From positions 1 to 46,334 of the forward strand of contig JBAXBW010000001.1 of the NCBI GenBank assembly GCA_037141805.1: 46,334 bases of DNA, written 5' to 3'. A model generated the notes under the pieces. The model saw nothing but the letters and a program-made list of their open reading frames with translations, ran no database searches and was not told the origin of the DNA. The stretch is from Chlorobiaceae bacterium (lineage in GTDB: Bacteria > Bacteroidota > Chlorobiia > Chlorobiales > Chlorobiaceae). Numbering within the stretch: position 1 is the first letter of the stretch; each line of letters begins with the position of its first letter. The translations under genes were made by a program, and so were the position numbers. Below, one piece after another: positions 1 to 9,397 of the stretch.

Positions 1-308
1 TTGTTCAATGCCTCAGCAGATTTCGGATCAAGTTCTATCGCCCTGGTATAATCAGCAATGGCGCCCGGTTTATCACCCATGCGGAATTTTGCGGCCGCAC
101 GACCGGTGTAGGCTTCTGCATAAGAGGGATCAAGCTCGATGGCTTTGTTGTCGTCCGCTATGGCACCCTGATAATCACCACTCCCGAACTTTTCTTCTGC
201 GCTGGAATAATAGCTTTTAGCGTCATCAACTGCCCTGGCACTTGCGGCAGACGTTGTCAGGGGTAAAACAATACCAGCAATAATAAGAAAGCGACAAACG
301 TTTTTCAT
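1..308 (-). CDS. Secreted tetratricopeptide-repeat (TPR) protein, 5' part (runs off the window)
   Basis: Manual translation from ATG at 308: MKNVCRFLIIAGIVLPLTTSAASARA-VDDAKSYYSSAEEKFGSGDYQGAIADDNKAIELDPSYAEAYTGRAAAKFRMGDKPGAIADYTRAIELDPKSAEALN. Signal peptide with AxA site and two canonical TPR repeats. Absent from the ORF track because it has no stop codon in the window. Confidence 0.9.
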   Translation of the reverse strand, partial: MKNVCRFLIIAGIVLPLTTSAASARAVDDAKSYYSSAEEKFGSGDYQGAIADDNKAIELDPSYAEAYTGRAAAKFRMGDKPGAIADYTRAIELDPKSAEALN

Positions 309-475
309 GGCTTACATTCACGTTTAATAATGAAGAAAAGCAACTGTTTTCCATTCCCTGGCACTCACCTTCAGGACAGGGCAGAATACAGAGAGTTTTC
401 CTGTCCATGAAGATGATTTCCTGTTCATTATGCAACAGCGCCGTACAAGTGGCCTGCCGTGCAGTGCAGTGCAGG

Positions 476-2656
476 TCAGAAGCTCTGTGTTAACCCGATG
501 TTAAATGAACGACCCTGACCAGACAGCGGCTCAAAATTGGCTGCCCTTTTCGTGCTGGGCGGCAGTTTACTGTCCAGAAAGTTATCATAGTTGATTCCGC
601 CAAGCGGGAGATAGTAGAACGTATCGAACAGATTTGTAACGCCCAGATCAATCCGCAGATTTTTCCACTGGTATGCCGTACGCAGATGAACCAGCGCATA
701 GCCTGCGGTCTGTGGTTCAAAACGAAGCGGATCGGTATTGGACTTCATGCCAACAAGCTGAAGCTCCACCGCATTGCTCCATCCGGCAATACTCTGTTCC
801 AGTGAAAGAAAGCCATTCAGGGGCATGATATGGTAGAGACTGCTGTTCGTATTAAGGTCTTCACCATGCACGTACCCTAAACTGCCCCTGATTTGTCCTA
901 AACCAAGAGCGCTGTTGTCCCAAAGAGCAAGTTTCCCTGAAATATCCAGACCGTAGAATCTGGCATCGTGATTGACAAACTTGAGGATGTTACGGGTTTC
1001 ACTGCCTCCTGTCCATACCCATTTCTGTGTATTATATACTTGCACGCCAATGTAGTCATTGACATAAGTGTAGTATGGCGTCACCTTCAACTCCCAGCTT
1101 TTTCGGGAGCTGTCGTGCCAGTCGGCCGAGATGCTCAGCGTATGGGCCACTTCCGATCTGAGGCTCAAATTCCCCACATAACCATTGCCATCACCAAACC
1201 AGTTGACCATGCCGCTGGTCATCCACATTGTTGACCATGCATAACGCTCGTAGAGATTGGGTGAGCGGGTCTTGCGAGCGTAACCAACTTCATAGGTGCC
1301 TGTAGGAGTAAGCTCAAACCTGACCAGTGCGGTCAGATCCCAATTACTGTCGTTGCGGGCATGATCCTGGGCATTAAATGCATCGGCATCACGTTTATAA
1401 TTTGTCGTCGAAGTACCAGCCGTGTTCTGGCCGTTGTACCCCATTACATCACCGGTATACATCCGCACCTGTTCGTTGCGAACCCCAAAAATGGTTGTCA
1501 CCTGTTTGTTCCACCTCGACTCCCACTCGGTAAAGAAAGCGTACCTGTCACGACGACCGTCATTGATGTTCAGAAAAGTATCAGGTCCCATCGTCCCTAA
1601 GGTGGCAGAAATCGGCGGCCACCAGTCGTCAAGACTGAAACGATGGAACTCATTGCCGAGCCGCAGGATGTTTGTCTCTGCAAACGGAATATCCATCTTC
1701 AATGAATAACCGGTGTCTATACCCCGAGTCTCCATCGGCATATCAGGCATCGTTACTGGTATTCTCAGATTGATTGGCAATTTGTCTTCACCTGAATTCA
1801 TCTTGTGGTATGTATTCTGCCAGTATGCCATGGCATCAAGTTTACCCCAGTCATAATCACTCTTGTAGCGAAGATTGAAGAGCGAGGCGTTGTTTTCAAC
1901 CATGTCCATCCACTGGTTGACAAATCCCTGAGCTGGAATAAATTGGTGCCCGGCTTTCAATGTCAACAGGCTGCGGTCACCTTTGACGGCCAGGGTAGCT
2001 CCGATGTTACGCGATTCGTAATAGGAGGAGGTCACCGTCTTGCCATGAGCATCTTTGTAGTCATTCGCGTGATCGATGGATCCGGTCACTCCGAAACTGA
2101 CGTTGCTGGACGCTATGGCACCCGAAAATGCTGCGCCGGTACTGTGGTTAATGCTTCGATAGTAGGTTGAAACACTTCCCGATTCTTTGAGCCCTTCACC
2201 GGCATAGGCGAACCGGGGCTGAGCTGATGCAACAAGGATGATACCTCCAATGTTGTCGCCGCCATAACTGACCGGCGTCACACCGGCTTTCACCCCGATA
2301 CTGCTCACGGTGGAAGGGGCGATATAGGAGAGCGGAGGATTCATGTGGTTGGCACAGGCCGAGGTAAGACACATGCCGTCGACATAAACCAGTACGCGGT
2401 CGTCCGCCTGTCCCCGGACCACCGGCAGACTCGAAACACCTCCGCCTGTCGCCAGAGCAACACCAGGCACCCCATCAAGCAGCGAGGCGGTATCACTGCT
2501 TTTCAGGCGTTTTGAGACCAATGATTCACCGACTTTTTCTGACGGTGCAGTAACAACCGTTTCCGGGCTTATTGCCTCCTGAGCATACGCTGACAAGGGC
2601 TCTGCCGAAACTAATAACAGCAGAACAAGTGGTTTTATAATTTTTTTTGATTCCAT
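476..2656 (-). CDS. TonB-dependent receptor, OprC-like copper transporter
   Basis: 726 aa with signal peptide, TonB-box-like ETVVTA and plug domain (LLDGVPGV, PVVRG, VYVDG). Carries the OprC metal signature CxxxM (ACANHMNPPLSY) plus HxM (YHKMN), Met-rich loops, NLFD..Y and a terminal Phe. Confidence 0.88.
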   Translation of the reverse strand: MESKKIIKPLVLLLLVSAEPLSAYAQEAISPETVVTAPSEKVGESLVSKRLKSSDTASLLDGVPGVALATGGGVSSLPVVRGQADDRVLVYVDGMCLTSACANHMNPPLSYIAPSTVSSIGVKAGVTPVSYGGDNIGGIILVASAQPRFAYAGEGLKESGSVSTYYRSINHSTGAAFSGAIASSNVSFGVTGSIDHANDYKDAHGKTVTSSYYESRNIGATLAVKGDRSLLTLKAGHQFIPAQGFVNQWMDMVENNASLFNLRYKSDYDWGKLDAMAYWQNTYHKMNSGEDKLPINLRIPVTMPDMPMETRGIDTGYSLKMDIPFAETNILRLGNEFHRFSLDDWWPPISATLGTMGPDTFLNINDGRRDRYAFFTEWESRWNKQVTTIFGVRNEQVRMYTGDVMGYNGQNTAGTSTTNYKRDADAFNAQDHARNDSNWDLTALVRFELTPTGTYEVGYARKTRSPNLYERYAWSTMWMTSGMVNWFGDGNGYVGNLSLRSEVAHTLSISADWHDSSRKSWELKVTPYYTYVNDYIGVQVYNTQKWVWTGGSETRNILKFVNHDARFYGLDISGKLALWDNSALGLGQIRGSLGYVHGEDLNTNSSLYHIMPLNGFLSLEQSIAGWSNAVELQLVGMKSNTDPLRFEPQTAGYALVHLRTAYQWKNLRIDLGVTNLFDTFYYLPLGGINYDNFLDSKLPPSTKRAANFEPLSGQGRSFNIGLTQSF

Positions 2657-2711
2657 ATTTATGGTGTATTGAGCGAATCAATAAATAATTGATAAAGATT
2701 TTCACGTCATT

Positions 2712-2808
2712 GAGGTCCCTTTTTCAAAGACCCCTATCGCGGAAAGAGCAAGGCATAACCGGGCATCTGATCGGTTCGACCACCTGTAAAGATATCATGC
2801 CTTACCTT
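2712..2808 (-). promoter_or_regulatory. Two stem-loops in the 280-nt leader between the upstream ORF and the TonB receptor
   Basis: On the minus strand GGUAAGGCAUGAU pairs with GUUAUGCCUUGCU (about 2744-2808), and GGGGUCUUU pairs with AGGGACCUC (2712-2734). The G-U pairs work only in the minus (sense) orientation. Confidence 0.5.
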
Positions 2809-2936
2809 GAGCAAAGAGAGATACACGCTTTTCAATAATTTTGAATACGAAAATATCTGAAGCAATAAACAATCCCGTTACTGCACATTATCGCAGAGGT
2901 TATGCGGTAGCACTCTGAAAAGACAACAAGATGAAG

Positions 2937-3323
2937 CTATGCTTTTGGGGGATGGTCGATTCGGAGCTTGACGCCGTCAGGTAAAAAAGACGCCCGTGCA
3001 GAGGTAAACGTATTATCCCCTGATAGACGGTGAAGAGCAAGCTGAAGTTTGGGCAGCGCCGCCGACATGGCATTAAGCAGCTCTTCCAATGTTTTGGTTG
3101 ATGCCTTTTTTCCGGTTGGCGCCGACTCGATATCGTTCGCCGAATTAATTTTTTTCAGCAAGAAACAGTGACCAGAACAGTCCATCACCTTTCCTTCACA
3201 AAGGGTTTCGGCAATCACTTTTTGATTGTAGGCAAAAAGCCCGAAACAGATCAAAACGCTGTTTATTTGCAAAAACATTCCGCAGAGCATCATCATTGCG
3301 ACAGATCGGGTCAATGCTCTCAT
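2937..3323 (-). CDS. Small membrane-targeted Cys-motif protein with C-terminal HPP; putative CruR/DUF2946-like regulatory upstream ORF
   Basis: 128 aa: N-terminal hydrophobic segment, LCE..CSGHC motif, low-complexity linker and C-terminal IDHPPKA*. Directly upstream of the OprC-like receptor on the same strand. Confidence 0.7.
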   Translation of the reverse strand: MRALTRSVAMMMLCGMFLQINSVLICFGLFAYNQKVIAETLCEGKVMDCSGHCFLLKKINSANDIESAPTGKKASTKTLEELLNAMSAALPKLQLALHRLSGDNTFTSARASFLPDGVKLRIDHPPKA

Positions 3324-3580
3324 AACTGAATATCCTTTCTGAAAATAAATGACAGGTGAGTGATAATATGGATTTTAACAATTGCAAACAAATGAGCAAC
3401 ATTTCTGCGACGAAAGAGAGGAACTGCAACCGAGATAAGTGTTGGTTTACCACCTTGAAACACCGGCCACAAAAAGAAACAAAGGCCAGTAAAAAAACGT
3501 TTTGCCTTATGATGGATAATTATTAAACTATCTACGATATTTAGTATTCGAGCCCTAAAAAATCTGTTTGTATCACGACG

Positions 3581-3982
3581 ATGACCTTAAAATCACTCAT
3601 GCCGGTATTTGCTGCGGGCTTGCTTTGTTTCGGCGCCTGCGCTCCTGAAAAGCAAACAGACAATGAGGAGTCTACCGAATCCAAGTCCGAAATGTTAGCT
3701 GAGCAGAAGCTTGCCCTGGGCAAACGAGTGTATGATGCAAATTGTGCCGGCTGCCATGACGCTGGTGTGGCGGGGGCACCGAAACCTGGAGACAATGCCG
3801 CATGGAAAGAGCGAATGACTCAGGGGTTTGAGGTCATTGTCAATAAATCGATACAGGGGTTTGATGGTACTACCGGCGCGATGCCGCCAAAAGGAGGCAA
3901 TGCTGTTCTGACCGATGAAGAGGTCTCCAATGCCGTCGCCTTCATGGTCAGCGATCCAAACACAAGACACCACATTAAATAA
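3581..3982 (+). CDS. Lipoprotein monoheme cytochrome c (c5 / c-555/c-556-like)
   Basis: Lipobox-like FGAC, acidic linker, heme motif CAGCH, GAPKPGD..AW..R, axial Met in AMPPKGG, LTDEEV..AV. Confidence 0.9.
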   Translation: MTLKSLMPVFAAGLLCFGACAPEKQTDNEESTESKSEMLAEQKLALGKRVYDANCAGCHDAGVAGAPKPGDNAAWKERMTQGFEVIVNKSIQGFDGTTGAMPPKGGNAVLTDEEVSNAVAFMVSDPNTRHHIK

Positions 3983-4246
3983 ACGCTTATCGGGATACAG
4001 GAAGTTATTCTCCTCCCGACCAAAGGATGCAGCAAGAAATACATGCACCTTTTTGCCGTAACCTGATTTTACTGTTTTTCGGAGCAAAAGCCTCTTGGGA
4101 ACAGCGCGCTCCAGCTCGGTAAAGGGAATACCCGGGAATTCAGGCAGTAAGCACCAATAATACAATCGCGAGTATTACGTCATACAACGCTGATTTTTCT
4201 GTGACTATGGTTTTTTGTGGGAGGTGTGGGAGAATTGCTGTTCCCA

Positions 4247-4292
4247 TAAAAACCGGCCCATGCCTGCTAAAAAGAGACCTGGAGCCGGTTTT
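4247..4292. terminator. Possible terminator/stem-loop just downstream of sdhB
   Basis: Inverted repeat AAAACCGGC...GCCGGTTTT with a long loop, a few bases beyond the sdhB stop. Confidence 0.3.
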
Positions 4293-4299
4293 GTCAGTC

Positions 4300-5073
4300 T
4301 TAAAGCGACTCTTTAATAACCCTTTCCTTTTCAGCAAATAGCTTGGCCCCAAGAAACTCACGGTTCATGCGGGCGATATTGGCGACAGAGATGCCTTTAG
4401 GACAGTCAAATTCACAGGCATAAGTGTTGCTGCAGTTACCAAAACCTTGCTCATCCATACAGGCGACCATCTTCTGGACCCGCGTTGCGGCCTCAACCCT
4501 TCCTTGTGGAAGTAACGCGAGATGTGAGACCTTGGCGCCGATAAACAGCATGGCTGCTGCATTGGAACAGGCCGCCACACAAGCACCACAACCAATACAA
4601 GTTGCAGCATCAAATGCCGCATCCGACTTCTCTTTTGGCACGGGAATGGTATTGGCATCCGGAACCCCGCCAGTATTAACCGAAACATACCCTCCGGCCT
4701 GGATGATCTTGTCGAGCGCACTCCTGTCGACAATAAGATCTCTTATGACGGGAAATGCCTTTGCCCTCCAGGGTTCAATAAAGATAGTATCACCATCCTT
4801 GAACGCGCGCATGTGAAGCTGGCAGGTAGTAACTCCCTTGGCCGGTCCATGAGGACGCCCGTTAATAAAGAGGCTGCACGTACCGCAGATACCCTCCCGA
4901 CAGTCATGATCAAACGCAACTGGATCACCGCCGGTCGTGATGAGGTTCTGGTTCAGGGTATCAAGCATTTCAAAGAAAGAGCTGTCGGGCGAGATCCCTG
5001 AAACATCATAGGAAACCATCTCACCTTTAGCCGTAACGTTTTTCTGTCGCCAGATTTTCAGCGTGAAGTTCAT
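4300..5073 (-). CDS. sdhB: Succinate dehydrogenase/fumarate reductase iron-sulfur subunit
   Basis: [10 protein letters not shown] (2Fe-2S), [11 protein letters not shown] and [12 protein letters not shown] clusters; directly follows the flavoprotein gene. Confidence 0.95.
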   Translation of the reverse strand: MNFTLKIWRQKNVTAKGEMVSYDVSGISPDSSFFEMLDTLNQNLITTGGDPVAFDHDCREGICGTCSLFINGRPHGPAKGVTTCQLHMRAFKDGDTIFIEPWRAKAFPVIRDLIVDRSALDKIIQAGGYVSVNTGGVPDANTIPVPKEKSDAAFDAATCIGCGACVAACSNAAAMLFIGAKVSHLALLPQGRVEAATRVQKMVACMDEQGFGNCSNTYACEFDCPKGISVANIARMNREFLGAKLFAEKERVIKESL

Positions 5074-5082
5074 AATAACCTG

Positions 5083-7023
5083 TTATTTATAGCTCCGCTG
5101 GGAGAGCTTGATCTCGTTGAATTGAAGTTCCTCGCGATGGAGCCCTGCCGCAGCATCACGCCCCTGGTATTCCCATGCGCCAACAAAGGCGAACTCATCA
5201 TCATTGCGCAATGCTTCGCCCTCACTCGTCTGATACTCCTCCCTGAAGTGACCACCGCAAGACTCCCTGCGCTGATGGGCATCACGCACCATGAGTTCTC
5301 CGAGCTCAATAAAATCCGCAACCCGGCAAGCTTTTTCGATTTCGGGATTGTATTCGTCCAGTCCGCCAGGAATTTTAACCCCAAGAGAGAACTCTTGACG
5401 TAAATCCGAAAGAAGAGCAAGCGCTTTGGTAAGGCCTGCATCGTTTCGGGCCATCCCGCAATACTCCCACATGATTTTGCCGAGGCGACGATGGAAACTG
5501 TCGACCGACTCCTTCCCACCGCTGTTTTTAATTTGTTTCAGGCGATCGGTAACCGACTGAGCGGCAATGGTAAATTCGGAAGAGGCCGTGTCAAACCGGG
5601 GGGTATGAATTTCGTTTGCCAGATAGTTCCCAATGGTATAGGGAAGCACAAAATAACCATCAGCCAGGCCCTGCATAAGCGCCGAAGCCCCCAGCCGGTT
5701 AGCTCCATGGTCAGAAAAATTGCATTCTCCGATGGCGTAGAGCCCCTGAATCGTCGTCATCAGCTCATAATCCACCCAAAGTCCTCCCATGGTATAATGA
5801 ACAGCAGGATAGATCATCATCGGGGTATCATAAGGACTCTCTGCTACAATCTGCTCATACATCTGGAAAAGGTTGCCATAAAGAGAGTCTATTGCATCAT
5901 GTCCTTTCCGTTTAATCGCATCGGCAAAGTCAAGAAACACGGCCACACCGGTCGCACCAACTCCATAACCCGCATCGCAGCGCTCTTTGGCGGCCCGTGA
6001 AGCCACATCTCTGGGCACAAGGTTGCCAAACGCAGGATAGCGTCGCTCGAGATAATAATCGCGGTTGGCTTCCGGAATATCCGAGGGCTTGATCTGTTTT
6101 TTTCTCAATTTTTCAACGTCCGCCATGTTGGCCGGAACCCATATCCTGCCATCATTGCGCAAGCTTTCACTCATCAGGGTCAGCTTGGACTGGGCATCCC
6201 CATGCACGGGAATACAAGTCGGATGAATCTGGGTAAACGAAGGGTTGGCAAACATTGCGCCTTTCCGGTATGCACTCCATGCCGGGGTAACGTTGGAACC
6301 CATTGCGTTGGTAGAGAGGAAAAAGACATTGCCATAGCCACCATTGGCAAGAACAACCGCATGGGCGGCATGTCGCTCTATTTCGCCGGTTACCAGGTTA
6401 CGGGCAATGATTCCGCGAGCTTTTCCATCGACAAGCACCATGTCAAGAACGTCACGACGATTGTACAGCTTGACCGTGCCTGCTGCAATCTGGCGGCTTA
6501 AGGCGCTGTATGCTCCCAGAAGCAATTGCTGACCGGTCTGACCTCTTGCATAAAAAGTTCTTGAGACCTGTGCACCACCGAACGAGCGGTTGGTCAAAAG
6601 GCCGCTGTACTCGCGGGCAAATGGCACTCCCTGTGCGACGCAAAGGTCAATAATTTGATTGCTGACTTGAGCCAAACGATAGACGTTGGCTTCACGCGCC
6701 CGGTAATCGCCACCTTTGATGGTATCGTAAAAAAGGCGGTAAGCACTGTCACCGTCGTTTGGATAATTTTTGGCGGCGTTGATTCCACCCTGAGCAGCGA
6801 TGCTGTGAGCACGGCGCGGTGTATCCTGATAACAGAACACCTTGACATTGTAACCGAGCTGCCCGAGCGATGCGGCAGCAGAGGCGCCAGCCAGGCCGGT
6901 ACCAATGACAATAATGTCAAGTTTGCGTTTGTTGTTAGGGTTTACCAGCTTGCTGCCCGATTTGTAGGCAGTCCATTTTTCAGCCACCGGCCCTTCAGGG
7001 ATTCTGGCGTTGAGGCGTGTCAT
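5083..7023 (-). CDS. sdhA: Succinate dehydrogenase/fumarate reductase flavoprotein subunit
   Basis: GTGLAG FAD-binding motif, [40 protein letters not shown]. Confidence 0.96.
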   Translation of the reverse strand: MTRLNARIPEGPVAEKWTAYKSGSKLVNPNNKRKLDIIVIGTGLAGASAAASLGQLGYNVKVFCYQDTPRRAHSIAAQGGINAAKNYPNDGDSAYRLFYDTIKGGDYRAREANVYRLAQVSNQIIDLCVAQGVPFAREYSGLLTNRSFGGAQVSRTFYARGQTGQQLLLGAYSALSRQIAAGTVKLYNRRDVLDMVLVDGKARGIIARNLVTGEIERHAAHAVVLANGGYGNVFFLSTNAMGSNVTPAWSAYRKGAMFANPSFTQIHPTCIPVHGDAQSKLTLMSESLRNDGRIWVPANMADVEKLRKKQIKPSDIPEANRDYYLERRYPAFGNLVPRDVASRAAKERCDAGYGVGATGVAVFLDFADAIKRKGHDAIDSLYGNLFQMYEQIVAESPYDTPMMIYPAVHYTMGGLWVDYELMTTIQGLYAIGECNFSDHGANRLGASALMQGLADGYFVLPYTIGNYLANEIHTPRFDTASSEFTIAAQSVTDRLKQIKNSGGKESVDSFHRRLGKIMWEYCGMARNDAGLTKALALLSDLRQEFSLGVKIPGGLDEYNPEIEKACRVADFIELGELMVRDAHQRRESCGGHFREEYQTSEGEALRNDDEFAFVGAWEYQGRDAAAGLHREELQFNEIKLSQRSYK

Positions 7024-7076
7024 TGAAAAGTGTTGTGAGTGTTGTTTTCGGCGAAAAACAGAGTCGTAATCAATTA

Positions 7077-7748
7077 TTAAACTTTATGAAGAAAGAACAA
7101 GACGTAGACAGGTACAATACTGAACCCTATGGCAATAACAACAGAGTAGACCGAACCGATGAGCTTTACCGCATCAGTATACTTGCTGTGGTTCCAGCCA
7201 AGAGTCTGAAACGCTGACTGAAGAGCATGGTTCAGATGAATACCGAGGAAAATAAAACTGACGATGTAAAAAAGTGAATACTGGGGAGTTGAAAAAAGAA
7301 GAAGTGTGCGACTGTAAAAATCATGCACTGCAATCCCGGGAGGTGGAGCTACAAGACCGATTTTAATAAAGTAGAAATCACAAAAATGGAGGGCAAGGAA
7401 GATAAAAACAATGATTCCTGTATGAAACATGTATTTGGAAAAGAACGAGGTTTCTGAACTGTTGCTTTTCGCATAGGCTGTCGGCCTTGCGGAACGGTTC
7501 TGGGCTGAGACAATCAAGCCAAAAACGATATGGAGCAGGAATCCTGCAAATAGCACAATTTCAGCAAGTTTGATTACTGGATTGGTGCCCATGAAGGCTG
7601 CAGCTTCCGAAAAAGCACGACCTCCATCATTTTTCAGCAACATCAGGTTGATACCGAGATGTACGCATAAAAAGGTAACCAAAAAAAGTCCGGCTAACGC
7701 CATGAGTACTTTTTTGGTAATGGATGAATACAAAAGCATAGTGTTCAT
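7077..7748 (-). CDS. sdhC: Succinate dehydrogenase/fumarate reductase cytochrome b subunit
   Basis: Five hydrophobic segments with His heme ligands; [11 protein letters not shown] and [14 protein letters not shown] motifs; first gene of the CAB operon. Confidence 0.92.
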   Translation of the reverse strand: MNTMLLYSSITKKVLMALAGLFLVTFLCVHLGINLMLLKNDGGRAFSEAAAFMGTNPVIKLAEIVLFAGFLLHIVFGLIVSAQNRSARPTAYAKSNSSETSFFSKYMFHTGIIVFIFLALHFCDFYFIKIGLVAPPPGIAVHDFYSRTLLLFSTPQYSLFYIVSFIFLGIHLNHALQSAFQTLGWNHSKYTDAVKLIGSVYSVVIAIGFSIVPVYVLFFLHKV

Positions 7749-7836
7749 ACAATGGTTATTTCAATGGGAAAGAACAGAGGATTACATCCTGTGGGCGTCA
7801 GTGTAGTATTTTATTTTTTATAATCCAAGAGAAAAA

Positions 7837-8481
7837 TCAGCTTTCAACAAGAGCAACTGCTCTGATCGGTGATGCTTCAGCTTTTGCAAGTTTCAGCGGA
7901 AAACCACAAAAGATAAAAGGGCGATGCAGAAGCTTCTGAAGTTTCGCAAGATTTTCAATGACAAGTATGTCATTCTGAAGCAGGATGGTGTGGACAGGAA
8001 GAGTTAATGAGTCAGGCGCATCGACCGACATCGTATCCACTCCAACACCTTTCAGGTCATATTCTTTCAACAACTGTGCGGCCTCAGAAGAAAGTACCGG
8101 ATAACCCTCGTGATAGTCAGAAGTATTCCAGTATCTGCTCCATCCTGTGCAGAGCAGCAAAAACTTGCACTCCCTGATGAGAGCAAGGGCTGGCTGAAGC
8201 ACTTCTATGGAAATAACCTGGCCCGCTATTCCTCGAACATCAATCGCAAGCCCTTTGCCAGCAAACCGTCCAATTCCAAAAATATCAAGGGAGGGAGCAT
8301 CCTTTAAAATATGGGAAGGCAGATCGACATGGGTTCCTGTATGAGAGGAGAGCGTGAGAATCTGCTCGGCAAAACCCTCTTCTTCAATGGAACAGTGTGA
8401 CTGAAAAACAGGGCCCGGGGTCCCCGGATAGCAGGACATACCTGGCTCAATCGTATGGCTCAGATCAATAAACTGTATCAC
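7837..8481 (-). CDS. Cyclase family protein (kynurenine formamidase-like metal hydrolase)
   Basis: IDLSH, HTGTHVDLP.H, GVGVD..S.D, IENL, ASPIRAVA. Start moved to the GTG at 8481, which overlaps the end of the upstream esterase gene. Confidence 0.88.
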   Translation of the reverse strand: MIQFIDLSHTIEPGMSCYPGTPGPVFQSHCSIEEEGFAEQILTLSSHTGTHVDLPSHILKDAPSLDIFGIGRFAGKGLAIDVRGIAGQVISIEVLQPALALIRECKFLLLCTGWSRYWNTSDYHEGYPVLSSEAAQLLKEYDLKGVGVDTMSVDAPDSLTLPVHTILLQNDILVIENLAKLQKLLHRPFIFCGFPLKLAKAEASPIRAVALVES

Positions 8482-9256
8482 CGCTCTCCCTGTTTCTCCC
8501 GATTCTGGCCGAAACGTAGTCAATAATCGTCTGAATTGCTTTCTCTTTTTCACAATCACAAAACATCTGGTGCCCTGAATACTCAAGCCATACAATAGAT
8601 TTGGCCGAGGGCTCAGTGGCAACCCTGTTGTACACTATCGTTGCACTTTCAGGAAGAACTGTTTTTTCATGACGGCAATGCAAAATCAGCATTGGTACGG
8701 TTACAAAACCAAGCAATGGCTGACTGTGCTTGATCAGCTCAAAACAGGAGATAATCGCATCTGTTGGCACCCATGTATAATGCGGAATACTCTGCTGCCC
8801 GGAATAAAGAGAATGAAGCTCCCAATTCTTGATGATCTTGCTGACAAATGATGCGGCAAAATGGAGGGGACGGCCTGGGGCGAACACGGAAACAAGCTTT
8901 ATTGCCGATGCCGCCAGTATGAGGGAATCAATTTTGCCCTGATATCTGATGGCAAGATTCAGGGAGAGGATAGCCCCCATACTGTGACCAATCACAATAA
9001 CCCGCTCAGCCTTAAGCATCAGTTGTTGCATCGCCTTATCAGCATCCACCATCCATGCTTCCCAACCAACGCCCCGGAGTGCCTCAGGTGATGATGCACC
9101 ATGGCCTGCAAGCAGAGGCATGCTTACCGGAATTCCAAGCTCCTTTAGAGGCGCATATAATGCTGCTACACTATCCAGCGTCGCCGTAAAACCATGAAGA
9201 ATAAGAACGCCATAAGAGTTCCTCGCGTTGTGTTGGCCAACCATGATAACATTCAA
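8465..9256 (-). CDS. Alpha/beta hydrolase (carboxylesterase/monoacylglycerol lipase-like)
   Basis: LHGFT oxyanion motif, L.GHG, nucleophile GHSMG, C-terminal SGH. Confidence 0.88.
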   Translation of the reverse strand: MNVIMVGQHNARNSYGVLILHGFTATLDSVAALYAPLKELGIPVSMPLLAGHGASSPEALRGVGWEAWMVDADKAMQQLMLKAERVIVIGHSMGAILSLNLAIRYQGKIDSLILAASAIKLVSVFAPGRPLHFAASFVSKIIKNWELHSLYSGQQSIPHYTWVPTDAIISCFELIKHSQPLLGFVTVPMLILHCRHEKTVLPESATIVYNRVATEPSAKSIVWLEYSGHQMFCDCEKEKAIQTIIDYVSARIGRNRESGDTVY

Positions 9257-9397
9257 AATTCTACATAAATCTCAGAGAAACAAGCATACCACCAAATCGA
9301 CTGTCGAATACCAAGCTGTGAAAAATACAAGTAAATAATGGAAATTCCCGTTAAATAGCTATGTTTAACAGAAAATAATTAAACAAGAAACCGAACA

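Noticed and set aside
226-435. 69-aa Cys-rich ORF downstream of the copper receptor
   Set aside because: Tempting as a metallothionein-like peptide, but it overlaps the 5' end of the convincing TPR gene in another frame, and several of its Cys come from that overlap.
459-475. GTGCA x3 microrepeat after the receptor stop
   Set aside because: Too short to distinguish from chance.
2641-2648. A8 tract near the start of the TonB receptor as a phase-variation switch
   Set aside because: The frame is intact and similar A/T runs are common throughout this window.
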